DNA of 64,000 nucleotides. It comes from Eledone cirrhosa (taxonomy: Eukaryota). Shown here piece by piece: positions 29,011 to 43,072 of the stretch (within the stretch, counting starts at the first letter, position 1; every line of letters starts with the position of its first letter). Both the position numbers and the translations under genes were made by a program. The stretch covers positions 214,830,001 through 214,894,000 of the forward strand of contig OZ024743.1 in assembly GCA_964016885.1 (NCBI GenBank), given 5' to 3'. The notes beneath the pieces were generated by a model. That model saw only the letters and a program-made list of their open reading frames with translations, did no database searches and was not told where the DNA came from.

Positions 29011-32007
29011 AAAACACCAACCTTGTAGGGGACTGTACCACCCTTAGGGTACCTATCTATCTGGGTTACGGGTTGGGGGGGGGAAAGGGGGGGAAGCTAT
29101 AGTCTAGGTGGTGGTTGCGTGATATATGTTACGTCTTTGTGCTAGGTTTAAAATAGAAGAAGGAACTCAGGATTTTGTTTTGGCAAGAGGAGACAATTTC
29201 CGATTTCCTGTTAAGCAGGTTCAGTTTAGAGTGTATTATGGCATGTCATTCCAGTAAATACAGGTCACAACTTCCGCTCTGCGGTCGGTATGGCATGGAT
29301 CTAGTAAGCTTCCTCTAAAAAAGTTTGTATGGGGTACTATTATTTTTTAAAAAGGAGATGTATCCCGCCAGTGAGGTGGCATTCTTATGTCTATCGTGTC
29401 TAAATGTGTACATATGCGCGTTAAATCGAGTTTTAAATGTATTGGACGTTGCTCCTATATATGTTTTGGTAGAGTTGTGTGTGGTTACGTCACATGCATA
29501 TACTATGTTTTTCATGAGGCAATCCCCTCTTAGGGGACAGTTACTACTCCGCCTACAATTGCAACTGCGGGTTCGATTAGTTAACTTACCTCCCGAAGTT
29601 TGGTTACTAGCATTATCACTAGGTGCCTCTATATCATTAGATGGCTCATTAATGCTATTATGTTGCCCATTTTCCAGTGTAGTCGGTTGCTGCTGGTTGA
29701 CTGCCATTTTAATTGCTTCGAAGCCTTCCCTAGTTTTCCTAATGTTCGTGCGTGCTAGGTGTGATGCGAGGTTAGGTGTGGTCGAATAGGATAATTTAAT
29801 TACGTTTTTGTTAATTATGTTGCGATATCTATTGCCTGGTGGGAAGTCTTTTTCCAATAATGAGAAGAATACTCTGGGGAGGTTAGTGAGGACCTCAGAG
29901 TTAAAAGGTGGGTTAAAATACATGTTTTTCCTTCCTCTATTTTTCTTATCTGTGGGGTGAGTCTCGCTACTGTGCGTACTATTTTCTAGGGTTCCGTTAT
30001 TAACGTTAGTGGCGTTGTCTGTTTTGCGTAAGCCCGGATGGTTTATATTCATGGCGTGATCATTTACTGTTTTAGAGTTGTGGTGAGGGACTCTAGTATT
30101 GTCTTTCCATGGTTTACATTTAGCTGGGTTACCGCCATTAGGGTTCTTACTATTATTCTTGCCTCTAAGTTGGTTAGGCTTTGTGGCCATACTATGTGTG
30201 ATTATGTTCTTAGGTTTCACACTCATGGTTTGATAGTCCTTATGTATATATGATAATCTACTCCCGTAACCAGATTCTGCTAGGGCCTTGTCATAATACT
30301 CTGCATTGGAGTTGAAGATACTCTCATTACAGGACAGTTTGCTAATTCTATTAGAGACCCCCTTGAGGAATAGCGTTTAGGACTGATTTGGGGTGGTTAG
30401 AGCTGGCGTTTACATATGTTAGTCTATCGTTAGGTTTATAGTAGGGTGCAAATGTTTTACTTTCTAGGTCAAGGGTGGCGTCTAGGAAGTTTACTGTTTT
30501 ATCATTTGCATCTATGGTAATACTCAGATTAAAGTTTTTAAAGAACCTACGTAATTGTTTCCTGGTTCTTTCTATATTGCACATTTTATACTCGAGAGTG
30601 AGGAGGGCGTCATCACGGTATAAGCCGCCCTTCAAGTGTGGTAATGTCTCATGTAACTCCTTTAAGAGGTACAATCCTACCAGGTCCGTTACTTGTGCAG
30701 AGTCACTAGATCCCATTGTGATGTCGAAGTTACTGGGCGTATTCTTGTGGGTCCACAATTCATCCTCAAATGTGATTATTGTTTTCCGGGCCGCAAGAAT
30801 GACATCAATTTTAGACCTAATGAGGTCACTTTTCTGCATGGCCATGATTAGGGCCTTATTAAGGAATATGGGGGTGATTGAGGTGTAGTACGTATCGATG
30901 TCAAATTGTATAAATTTAAGGGATTTATGGTTGCTAAGGCTTGAGAACCATTTCAAAACCTCTTCCGTATTCTCCCATAGCTCTAGATATATTTTCCGCC
31001 TGATGGTGGGTATAACGCCGTCTAAAATTGTCTTACTGATAATTCCTATATCTGACTTCGATGGGCTAATTAATCTAACAGTGGGTTTAATAATGAAGTC
31101 AGCCTTATGGTCTTTAAGGGTGAACCTGGGTTGCCTAGTGGTATATGGTTGGGTATACATTTCCAGACCTAGTTTACCACTATGGCACATGCTTCCTTAT
31201 TAATTTCATCTAAGTTTGCGCTTGTTGTCTTTTTATAGTTTCTATTTAATTCATTGTATATAAACCTACGATACGTATCATGATTTAAGCTATAAATATT
31301 TCTGGTTTTATCCGTGGTGACCAGGATATCTCTTTTATCGTTAAAGTCCTTAACTAAGGTTTCCAGTTTCATCCGGAATTTGTTGCTATTTCCATGGGGG
31401 TTTTTATACTTAATATTCTTTACTAGTGATAGGATGTCATTCTCAAATCCATCTAGCATGGAGTTATGGGGCGGGCTCCTATAGGTTTTAAAACCGAATT
31501 TGTTATTGGGGGACACCGTGGTTGATTTCTTATTTCTCTTATCGAAGTGGAAAGTGCGCCATCTAATACGCTTAACGAAGGAGTTGACACTAGCTATCAG
31601 TAATTTCTCATAAGTAGTCCTAGATGGGGTTGGGATGTTCTTGAGTAATATAGCTAGGTAGTCTTTAGTTAGCATGCTGCCAATCAATTATAATCATACA
31701 CACAAGGTGGACAGGTTATAAGGATTTAGCTCAATCGGGGGGAGCCATAGAAATACTTAGGTTAATAGGAGTTAGGTATTGTATACCCGTGTCCCATTAA
31801 GGTATTGGCAGCATAATAATTAGCTCTATGCTTTGGAGCAGAGCCGTATATATTAAAATGAACACAAGAGCGTCTACAACATCAACAACTTTTTATTGGC
31901 TTACAATGTTTCTTCCTTACGTAACCGTAGGATTCGTCAGAGCTATAAAAGGGGTTTGATTGGTGTTATGGACTCTACCAACCAAACATTCAAGAAGAAA
32001 GAGTAAA
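26783..32007 (-). mobile_element. Full-length Hydra-like Penelope element with both pLTRs, inserted in (TA)n
   Basis: Direct repeats ~26789-26935 and ~31860-32007, each with an HHR (26825-26873, 31897-31945; CUGACGA..GAAACAUUGUA); RT and GIY-YIG remnants between them; ~2.3 kb 3' region. Confidence 0.9.
29165..31687 (-). pseudogene. Hydra-type PLE RT/GIY-YIG ORF broken by frameshifts and stops
   Basis: KNIPTPS, FVKRIRWR, DKTRNIY, TLKDHK, RLISPSKSDIG, QFDIDTYY, TMGS, LYRDD, NFLD, SNHP, FNPPF, CNCR..CPLRGDCL..NIVY..YIG. Confidence 0.92.
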
Positions 32008-32131
32008 GTATATATATATATATATAATATATATATGTATATATGTATATATATATATATATATACATATATATTATATATATATATATATGTATACATA
32101 TATATATATATATATATAATATATATATGTA

Positions 32132-32209
<78 letters not shown>

Positions 32210-32212
<3 letters not shown>

Positions 32213-34833
32213 GATATTAAGCAAATGGAAACTATATTTATAAAACCATATTTATTTCGTTATATATATTTCTGGGATATCATATTAAAAATATGTTATG
32301 CCTTCCTCAGACAAAATACAATACATAAGCTGTTTTATAAATAATTAGTGACATACCGTGTAATAATGCAACTTCCTTTTAAAAAGTTGATTTGGTAGTG
32401 AAACTGTTATGATAGTTATATAGAAAGAAAACGAAGATGAGAAGAAGAAGGTGAAGAGATGTATGTAAATAAAAAAGAAGAAGATAAAGAGATGTATGCA
32501 AAGAGAAAAGAGATGTATGTAAAGAAATACAACGGAGCGAGATAGAGAGACAAGGATAGAGAGAAATACATTGATGGTGAAAAAAAAAACATAGTAGGCT
32601 GCTTTTTGACAGATGATCATCGTATATGTGAGAGGTTAAGGGAAGGGATACAGTTAGATTAGTGTATAGGAGAAAAAGAAAGAAAGATGATATATTTAAA
32701 GTATATTAAAAATATATTATGTCTCATCCATTTGAATTATCAATTTTTATGAATTAGGCATTATAATGTAAATATATTCATGAATGAGACACATATCTAT
32801 AAAGTGTAAAAAAAAAGTGACCACATGCTCAGTTTAAAAATTCTTAGGTCTATAAGCAAAATCTGAGACAAAACTTCAAACATAAGTATATATGCATTCT
32901 CGTGAAAAATGAGAAAAGAGAAGGTTATCTCAAATTCAAGTTGATAAATATAGACGCACATGTGAACCTAGGTGATACGCTGCACTGATTCTTATATTTC
33001 ATGAAAAACTTCAATGTGTCAGAAAAGAAAAACTTCAATGCGTTAGAAGAGATTCCACCCTACATACATTTACATACATATATACATATATATAGACACA
33101 AAACATATAAGATATACATTAACATCTAAAATAATCATCGATCAAGCATAGAGTAGACAACAGATATCAATATCAAAATTAAAAACGCCAAGAATATCTT
33201 CGTCACTCCACAGAGTATCTAGGGACGCAAGAGAACATAGTATGCCACGCATATCGGTCATAGAATCAGAGTCAAAAGCAAACAAGACCAAAATTGCTCA
33301 CCAAGCCTTATCTATCAGAAATCATTCAAAACTTATTCTACAAATGCTCTTATATTTATTATAGAAGTTTATCCAGCTTAAAAATGTATTCAAAAGATTG
33401 GGACCAACGCCAATTTTAGGGTAGTTTATTTAATCTCATTAATTATATATTCATGCGGAAAGGTTTTAAAAAAATTGAAGGAATCGAAAGATTTATCGCC
33501 AAGTATCACAAATAGTCAAATACCTTAAGTAAATATACTACATTTTATACTACATTTTAAATTCATATTTATATTTAAATGTTGAGTTCAATCTATGTCT
33601 GCAACAGCTGAATAAATTGGTTCGTAAATTAAGGGCATTTTTAGATTTTAATATAAAGAATATCTCCTCCGCGCAGAGGTCACAAGTCTCAGAAGAGGAA
33701 TTAAAAGGAATCCCTTTTGAGACTATATTCCAAACCATCGAATATCCAACTTTATCATGCTTAAGTTCCCAGTGTAACCCTGACAGCGATGTTGATGATT
33801 TTTTATTTGGATCCGTGAAAGAATTTTTGTGATTATTATAGCGAAGTTTAAATTCTGTCGAGGTGGAACCAACATAATTAAAAGAATTTAAATCAGTTCT
33901 AACATTACAGTTGTATATTATATTTTTAACTAAGCAATTGTTATTTAGCGGACATTTAGATCTATCTCTACAGTTACAGTTTTTTAGTTGAATATTGTTT
34001 AGGCTATTTTCGGTATTTTGGCTAGGTTTTAGATTCCTATTATTTATTCTATTAATATTTTGTGCTAAATTTTTGGTGGACGAGTACGTTAATGTTATAG
34101 TATGTCTATTAAACATTGAGTGATACTTATGTGTTCTAGGGAAGCGTTTGTCAAGAGCATTAAAAAATAGTTTAGCGATGTGGGTTTTAATGTTTAGTGA
34201 GAAAGGGGTGGCAAACTATATTATATTTCTAGTTCTATTTCTTTTCTGGTTTTTGAAATTATTGTAGTGCTTTCTATTATAGTTGTTAAAGTTGTTACTG
34301 TAATTAAAATTGTTGTTATTTTGGTTAGTTTGTCTATTATCGATGTACATAATTTTATCACTATATCCTGCTCTAGCTAAAGCATCATTATAATATTGGG
34401 ATTTTTCGTCAAAAATATTTTTATTGGAAGAGATTCTAGAGATACGTTTTTGAACAGAGTTTACTATAGTATTTTTGACAGATCTGGGGTGATTGGAGCT
34501 AAAATTGACATAATTCAAGTTTTCATTTAACTTGTGAAATGGATAGGGAAGACATGTGTTGAGATTAAATGTTACGTCTAGGAAATTGACTATTCTATGG
34601 TTATTCTCAATTTCTATTTTTAGATTAAGGTAATTAAAAAATTGTATAATTTGTTTTCTTTTCTTATTTAGTTCAGAGTTATTATTTTCAATGAGTAATT
34701 ATTTATAAAACAGCTTATGTATTGTATTTTGTCTGAGGAAGGCATAACATATTTTTAATATGATATCCCAGAAATATATATAACGAAATAAATATGGTTT
34801 TATAAATATAGTTTCCATTTGCTTAATATCGTA
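32210..34833 (-). mobile_element. 5'-truncated Hydra-like PLE with inverted pLTR at the truncation point
   Basis: 32210-32347 is the reverse complement of 34697-34833; HHRs at 32255-32316 (-) and 34727-34788 (+): UUUUGU-CUGAGGA..GAAAUAUAUAUA-ACGAAA. Confidence 0.88.
33550..34690 (-). pseudogene. Hydra-type PLE RT thumb plus GIY-YIG remnant
   Basis: YVNFSSNHP, CNCRDRSKCPLNNNCL..NIIY..YVGST, CDLCAEE, SCCRH. Confidence 0.9.
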
Positions 34834-35249
34834 AACCTACTCCAGAAACTGTCGAGTGCTTTTATATCAGTTATAAAATATTTACTCGTTGTAACCCAAC
34901 AATCTTAAATAAAACTTTTGCATATATATATACGAGATACGTTTAAAATTGTATAATGTAATCTTAGTTATAAATAGTTGGTACGAATTTTCTTTCACTA
35001 TTGAACAAATGCATGTACATGAACGTTACGATACACAACATTGTTAGATATTAATGCGGGCTCGGATCATGATGGCGCATAGAAGAGAAAAAGCTACACT
35101 TCAAAATTTGGATGTTTATAGAAATTACCTATTGCAAGCAATTGTGTGGCCCGTATCAACTACACCTTCTGAACTGTCCATGTGCAGTAAGAAACTACCA
35201 ACAGTGAACTTAGATGCTACGTACAAGGCCAGCTAGTAATTTTACTGAG

Positions 35250-37400
35250 AGTGATAGAATTCTGTAAAATGTTCATATCAGTAGACGTTATGGCGACGAG
35301 TATGCTGCTTTGGTGCATGGAGAAATTCCAGGATAAAATGGTCTACCCTATGTTATTTATTCTCCCATACTAGAATTGTTCGACACTTCCTTCGCATAAG
35401 GTTTTCTGCAACTTACAATAGAGTAGGAATATGGAACAGCACATGAAATGAAGTTGACGATTGCCACATCATTCTTCTCAAATCACAATTATAAGATTTG
35501 GGAATCTCCAATCATCAATAGGTTCACGCTAACGTTCGATGGAGTCGTCCTTGAGGCACGAATGTGTACAATCAGAAATTCCCTAATTTTCCTTTGGTAG
35601 GGAGCTGATGAGTCTAGATCCGTCTAAAATATACGGAAACCCCATGCATTTTCTGTTTAAAATACTATTACCTATCAGCAGTCTTATGAAAAGCTGGTTT
35701 CATTTCTTTTTCCAAAGGCCACATTACCACAATGTACATATGCGTGGTGGTAAAATTAGACCACCACATAATGGAACTATATGACGATAATCGCTCATTC
35801 AGTTGAATTTGCCGCCCAACAACACTTATATTTATACTGGCACTAGAACTAGTGATCGGAATGTTGACTGTGTGGTGTAACCTGACCGGACCTCAGACAC
35901 ATAAAAGCCGTATCTACATTCACCGACATTATTACGACATTATTACGACAATGGTGCCATACTTAGTAAATATATGTAATCGAACCATCGCAGAGTGCCC
36001 GTTAGTCAAAGGTACATACGTTTATCTCAAAAAGTTTGCCGGAAAATTAGCACTTTGCAGCTGGAGATTCGCGTCCGTGCGAGACAGTGGTTTCGTCGCT
36101 GAACGTAAACGACTGGCAAATTTGCTGTGTATACGTTTCGGAACAATCTTCTAAGTTCACAAACATTGTGACGGTTTAAGGATCTGAATAAACAGGCTTA
36201 ATCAAGAAAGTAATTAATGGAAACTGTATATATTGCTTCGTCCCTTTACTATCTTTAACCAACGTGTTTTCTCAGATGAAACACTTGAATCTATCTTCTT
36301 TCTCTTCTTAAGGCTGGGATAACTCCCACATGATGGTGCATAGTCAGTTGCCGAGGCTGTCACCTCCATGAGGGATTATGGTGACCAGGTGTACAGAGCT
36401 TTCCTTCCTACGTGATTTCTGGAGCTAAGCTCCTTCATTAATATGCAGTCCAGAGTCATTCTTAGATCTAGACTTGGTATTTAGCTTCAGGAATGCTGTT
36501 TACTGACTACTACACTTTAGCAGGTGAACCATGATATTCTTTTAAATCTAGTCTTTGAAATCTACTAATGCATAATAGGATATATTATTGAAGATTGTTA
36601 GAGGGACAGAGTAAAGCAGAAAGGTAGCAGGTGTAACAAGTGCCCTTAAGTAAAATTCTTTCCTAAAAGAAACAGAGTTGCTCTTTGCCGTTTTTCCTTA
36701 CTTTTCAGAGATATGATAGTTTGTTTCGCTTTATCATGGCATGACTAAAATATTTGAGCGGTGTTGTGTCTACTATTATAAATCCATGAATGTGGAAAGT
36801 TATTGATACCTTTCTGTTTGTATAGCCAGGATATGTTAGAGTTTGATTTTCTCTTCTAACTATTTCCTGTAATGGCCCAATTCGTTTGCAATTGCTCTAT
36901 ATACCCAAATAGTGTTTTCTGGAAACCGTTTGTGTTACCCTGATAGGACACTAATATTTACCAGACATGTAAGGCATCGGCTTTACATTATTTGTGAAAA
37001 GATTGTATATATTTTGTAGGCATATTATAGACAAATAATGTTGTGCGTGATATTGGTTTTGTTTTTGGGTATTAGTGAAGTCTTCGAACATCCAGGCATG
37101 TGCTGATTATGGCTTGCTTAGTAGCTCTCAACCTGTTAGTGATTCGCTTGCTGTTAATACTCGGTGAGCCATCCCTGACCTCGCAGTGCTACGAGGGAGC
37201 AAAACCAGTTCGAAATAAATTCTCACAGGCACGGAAGTTCCCTTATCCGAGATGCGCGGACGTCGAGGACACCAACAAGCAAGCACTTATTTGGTGTCAA
37301 AACATTGATAAATCATGGGTTTAAGTTGAAAACCTGCTGTCACCTGGACGGTAGAATCAGTTTTTAGCCAATTCCATCGAGAAGATTATCACGTCGCTAT
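35250..37400 (-). pseudogene. Highly decayed non-LTR (R4/Dong-like) RT segment
   Basis: Fragmentary minus-strand motifs in the expected order: NWFAP (~37210), PK..TCL (~37060-36960), GDSL (~36360), QYKY (~35835), HPN-like (~35535); many indels. Confidence 0.45.
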
Positions 37401-37499
37401 CGTTAAGCCAAGAAGTACAATATGTTTTTGTCTGTCTGGTGGTCGTATCTCTTTTGAAAATCCTTGATTGATATTTTCAAATATTATTTAAAGACGAAA

Positions 37500-38190
37500 A
37501 TGAAGGTGGAGAAAATGTGTTAATTACAACCGGTTTCTTGAAAGGTGGATGGGAATGACGTGTAGGGTCCATATGAATATGCCTACTCAAAGAATGTACC
37601 TATAATCTGGAGAATTCAGAGAAGTGCTGAGGCACCTTCCCAGTGTGATCTTGCCGATTAATTTTGTGCCGGATCTGAATCGGTGATGGAAAACGACCGG
37701 GTGAAGGTGTTATAGAATTTCAGAATATAAACTGATAAAAAATTAGAAGACAATTGACCTGACTTGGTGGTTTTCGACAACAAAAAAAAGAAATTGTGCT
37801 TGAATATAGATGTAGCTTTCCTCTTCGACACAAGAGTACAGGATACGGAGGGAGAAAAAAATAACCGGAACCAGGACCTGAAGTGGGAACTGTAGAGAAT
37901 TTGGAACTGTCATGATTTCAAGGTCGTTTCTTTTGTCATTGGAGCACTGGTAACTATCTCGAAGCGTTTCCAAAGCTGGCTAAAAACCATCAGCACCTAC
38001 CCCACTATTTTGGAATACTTCAAATGTCATGACTTCTTGGGACGGCAAGGACCCTCCGATACGCCCTCAATATCTGAGGCTGCGGGCAACAGCTTGAAAT
38101 TCGTTACGGCAATTATTCCGATTGAATAATTTCAATGACTGAGACATCAAGTAGAAAATAATAATAATAATTATTATTATTATTATTGTT
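37500..38190 (+). pseudogene. R4/Dong-like restriction-like endonuclease C-terminus with (TAA/TTA)n tail
   Basis: VMENDRVKVL*NFRI*TDKKLEDN*PDLVVFD..IDVAF..D..EK..QDLKWEL..IW..VVSFVIGAL..LLGTARTLRYAL, followed by an AAT/TTA repeat. Confidence 0.8.
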
Positions 38191-38579
38191 GTTTTTGTTG
38201 TTGCTGTTTATATCTTAAAGTAAGTACAGCATGGAAAATGTTGAAAGAACATCGATAAATCTGTTTAATGACCACTATATATAAGTAGTTTGCTGATAAT
38301 GGCAAAGAAACGATAGATGATAATAAATTAATAAATAATGTAAGCAAAACGAAAGCTTTGATATTTCGATATATAAATCACTTCATAATATATGTTTGTA
38401 TTGAATAGAAAATATGAAATTTAAAAGATAAATCCGCCGAGTGTTACAATATTTACACAAAGAAAGATAAACATTTAAAATATAAGAATTTTTTTTTCAA
38501 TTAATGTATGGAAATATCAATTAAAAAAATAAAATACATTCATAAGACAGGAAATAAATGTTTCACTTATATATTTTCC

Positions 38580-38790
38580 CCGTTAGAATGATTTGCAATT
38601 TAGGCACAAGACCAGCAATTTCAGAGCGAGTGAGGGATTCGATTACATTCAGAACAGTGATTGACTGGCACATAATTTAATTGAAATGCAAGATTTACTT
38701 TGGCGAGATTTCAATTTGGAAAAGAAAGATGTAGACCTAAATACGAAATGAGTTTTGAGCATCACGCTATCGTTTCTGACAATCCACCAA
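38580..38790 (-). mobile_element. Diverged SINE (family A)
   Basis: TAGGCACAAGACCAGCAATTT and GATTCGATTACAT match the family A 3' part in reverse. Confidence 0.55.
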
Positions 38791-39133
38791 CATTATTGTT
38801 GCAATGATTTTAAAGAATCACAACATAATAGTAATTAACTGATTGCTGTCGTTCGTTATTAGCAAATTACATCTATCCTCCCCTTTTCTACGTTTCACTC
38901 TAATCTCTATGTTAATTCCGTCGCAAAAGTTAAGCTATTATCTTACAGAAACGGTTTATAAGATATGAAAGTAAACTGAATCGGATTACCTTCAACTGCA
39001 TGTTGCGCATATAGTCTTACATCTACATCAGTTTTACTGTATTAATCTCTCTCTCTCTTTCTCTCTCTTTTTACATACACCGGCACACACGTATATACGC
39101 AGTCATAAATATATACATACGTGTGTTTCTGTG

Positions 39134-39241
<108 letters not shown>

Positions 39242-40325
39242 GTGAGAGAGGACATAGTGTAACTGAGTGAGAGAAAGAAAGAGAGAGAATACATTGGGAC
39301 TAATATACCGACTTTTTATATCTTCCTTTTCAGTTGAAGTACATTTTGTGTGTTACATATATTGGTATAATAAGTGTAATTCGCCGAAAAACACAATTTG
39401 TCATAGCCTCCTCGCATTATTCTGTTACCGTCCTATGTGCACCGTACTGAATAGTCTCAATGTTAATTACAGAAACTATAAGAATGACCAGAGGTTGACT
39501 GACGAAAATGTTTACGCATATATAGGCACGTATGAATTAGAATAAGGTGGCGATTGACGCATTTTGGAAATAGAATTAAAAGCTTTCACTCTATATTGAA
39601 TATAACAAATAATCTATTAGGGCGCATTGAACCCCAAAAGAGTCAAATAGGCATTTGAACGTATCTATTATGTTAACGGTGGTATTTTCTGTAGCGTAAA
39701 AAAGTATTTTTCGCTGGAAAGGATGTGAAAAGAGTGTTTGTGTGTTTATGTGAGAATTGAATGGTGGTGATCTTATATTTTTATGGAAAAGAGATCATAA
39801 ATGTATGAGTGGGAATGTGAGGAAAGAGGAAATATTAAAACTGTAGAACGAACTGAAGCCGTAAGCAGTAGCAGTTGCAAAACTCAATATCCACACAAGA
39901 TGGTATCGACATGTTTTCCGACTCAGTGATAAGAAACACGAGCACTTGCATATGCCTCATACCGTGACAAAACGGAATGGCGTAGAGTCATTCCCAAAAT
40001 ACCTGGATATATGTTTGGCAAAATATAAAAAAAAATTAAAGTGAAATAAGCATGATGTGGGAAATAAAGAGTTAAATGAGAATTATTAGTAATATATTTA
40101 AACGTTGATTAAACACCAAAAATATGAATTAACTAATACAAATAATGCCAATGTCCTTAAGTTAGCATATATTTCAAATATGACTTATATATGTGCATTT
40201 CACAACTTAATTGTGACACTTAACTTTCAACGGCATATTTCGAACATTACTCCGCATAAAGAATACATTTTCGAATAAGTAGGGAATAAAATAATAATCT
40301 CACATAATTCAAAATCTACAAATCT

Positions 40326-40408
40326 AGAAGAAGAAGAAGAAGAAGAAGAAGAAGAAGAAGAAGAAGAAGAAGAAGAAGAAGAAGAAGAAGAAGAAGAAGA
40401 AGAAGAAG
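40326..40408. repeat. (GAA)n microsatellite
   Basis: Direct reading. Confidence 0.97.
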
Positions 40409-41899
40409 GGAGGCTTAGAACAAAATACCGCGTTAACTTGATAGCTGGCTGTGGAAGACAAATCATGGGAATTTATAGAAATAAATGCTAAATGCTCAAT
40501 CGGGCACATATGATAATAGAGTGGACCAATAGTTGAAATTATTTTTGAAAACGATAGGTCATCCCATGCCAACATAAAAGTTTCAATTGAATTATTTTCA
40601 GTTTTTTTCGATTTACCATTTACCATTACATTGCCGGAAATTTTTCGGTGATATTAAAATATATATTTAGTCAGGAATATATCTGTTAATATATTCTAAA
40701 TGTGGTGCAAATGTTTAAATCAACTGTTGTAATTGAATAGTATATATGTCAGGGATATATAGTTGATAAACATAAAAGGCCATTCCGGGATTGTTATGGA
40801 TGTGTTTTTAAAAGAATTTGAGTAAATATGACAAGGGCAATACACCGAACACTCAAGGGATTTTTAGATATACTAACATTTGACTTTTTAATACATTATT
40901 TATTCGTAAATTTCTCGGATTTATAGACCTGAATAAAACTGTAAACGCATGATTAGTATATTTAACTACTGCAGTACTGCAGATACATTTTGTGAACGTG
41001 TTTATAGTGAGGTTATGCGATAGAGAGGTGCATATATTACGACTTATCAACTCCAGTGGTGCTTTGTTAAAAGGTGTAATTTCTCATTTTAGAAACCCCA
41101 TCCTAGATAAGGGTATTCAAACCAACTTCATTAAAGTAAATTATAGAATATTGCTTTCACAAAAATGAGGATTTCTATATTGAGAAATATTTTCTTATGT
41201 TTTTTGTTTTCTTAATTCCAGTTGCTGTGTTATTTTTTCAAATAGATGACCATAATTAATCACTACGCTGTGTATTCGAAATGTTATCTTTCCTAGCTTT
41301 CATTTCATTATTAAATAAAGGACATTAAAATATTATTTTACATGAAATAAATGAAAAACAAACGAAAAACTGATTAAAGGTTCCTTAATGTCAGAAACTC
41401 GACAACCTCAAAATTTCAAACAATGAAAATAACGGATTCTAGTCATCAATACATTGTATAAGGCAGATTTATTACAGCCAACGATATAACTTACTTTTTG
41501 GAGTGTATTATCTGTTTTCGATAAATAATATCTACCCCACCGACGTCAACATATTTAAAAATTCCAAAGCAATTTCCTACAGATCAGTATTCTCTTTGAT
41601 CTTTAGGTTTAAAGAAGATTTAATCACGATATTGTAGCTCTTGTGGTTGCGTCTGTTATGATTGGTATAGCTATTGTTAGCTGGTCGTAATAATATTTTA
41701 CATGTTTATGATGTCGGAAATACTATTTTTCTTCATTTCATTGACTAATAGAAGCTCTCAATATATGGAGTGTCACTACCTATAGAACATGTATAAGCAC
41801 GTTCGCATTCAGATATCTTTTAACAAGAACTATATGTATGCATATTATATAAATCTACACACACACATATATATATATGTGTATGTATATATATATATA

Positions 41900-41974
<75 letters not shown>

Positions 41975-41977
<3 letters not shown>

Positions 41978-42848
41978 AGTAAGTAAGCTAATTTTTAATT
42001 TTTAAAATTTTCTTATTTTACGTCTTTCATATAATTGTTCTGCATCCCCCTGCATTGAACCACCTAGGTACTTTGACATAACTTATATATTTACTAGTAT
42101 TAGTGTACATCTGTACGCATATGTTGGTAGATGTATTAATTCTATATATTTATCTCCAAATTATTTGTTGAGCAAACTTGCCAAATCTACTGCTAATTCA
42201 TAGTAGTAGTATTAGGCTTTGACATAATTGTTTCTACTTTAGGCACAAGGCCAGCAAATACCCAGTTCTTTACTGGTACTTTATTTTATCGACCCCGTAG
42301 GGATGAAAGGCAAAGTCAACCTCGGCGGGATTTGAACTCAGATTGTAAAGGGACGTAACTATGCTGGAAAGCATGGCGTCCGACCCTCTACCGATACTGC
42401 CAATTCACACCTCACTCCTAACTGACTAACCTCAGTGTCACGTGATTGATTCTTTAGAATACACCAGTGACCAGAGGCAGTGAACCTTTTCAGTGCTATG
42501 GAATTTAGTCCCCGCTAGCTTATTACATCCACTGAATTATTATTTTTATATGAGTTCCTAGTGTCCGCGCATTGCCTGGGAACTTAGCTGAGAATAGACT
42601 CCCTGATGACGTAATGAATTCTCGATAGTTACATTGTGTAACTATATTTATCCCATTACAGAAACTAATTAGTTGCAGTGAAAATTTTGGTAAGTTAATT
42701 TTTAATTTTTAAAATGTTCTTATTTTACGTCTTTCATATAATTGTTCTGCATCCCCCTGCATTGAACCACCTAGGTACTTTGACATAACTTATATATTTA
42801 CTAGTATTAGTGTACATCTGTACGCATATGTTGGTAGATATATTAATT
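41975..42848 (+). repeat. ~515-bp unit x ~1.3 interrupted by a SINE; possible decayed hammerhead near 42604-42643
   Basis: 41975-42141 is repeated at 42685-42848; CTGATGA..GATA-GTTACA-TTG-TGTAAC-TA. Confidence 0.75.
42221..42407 (-). mobile_element. tRNA-derived SINE (family A)
   Basis: Near reverse complement of 19345-19528. Confidence 0.85.
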
Positions 42849-42877
42849 ATATATATATATATATATATATATGAGTG

Positions 42878-42925
<48 letters not shown>

Positions 42926-42947
42926 TACGTATATATACACACATACG

Positions 42948-42984
<37 letters not shown>

Positions 42985-42994
42985 ATATACATAC

Positions 42995-43072
<78 letters not shown>

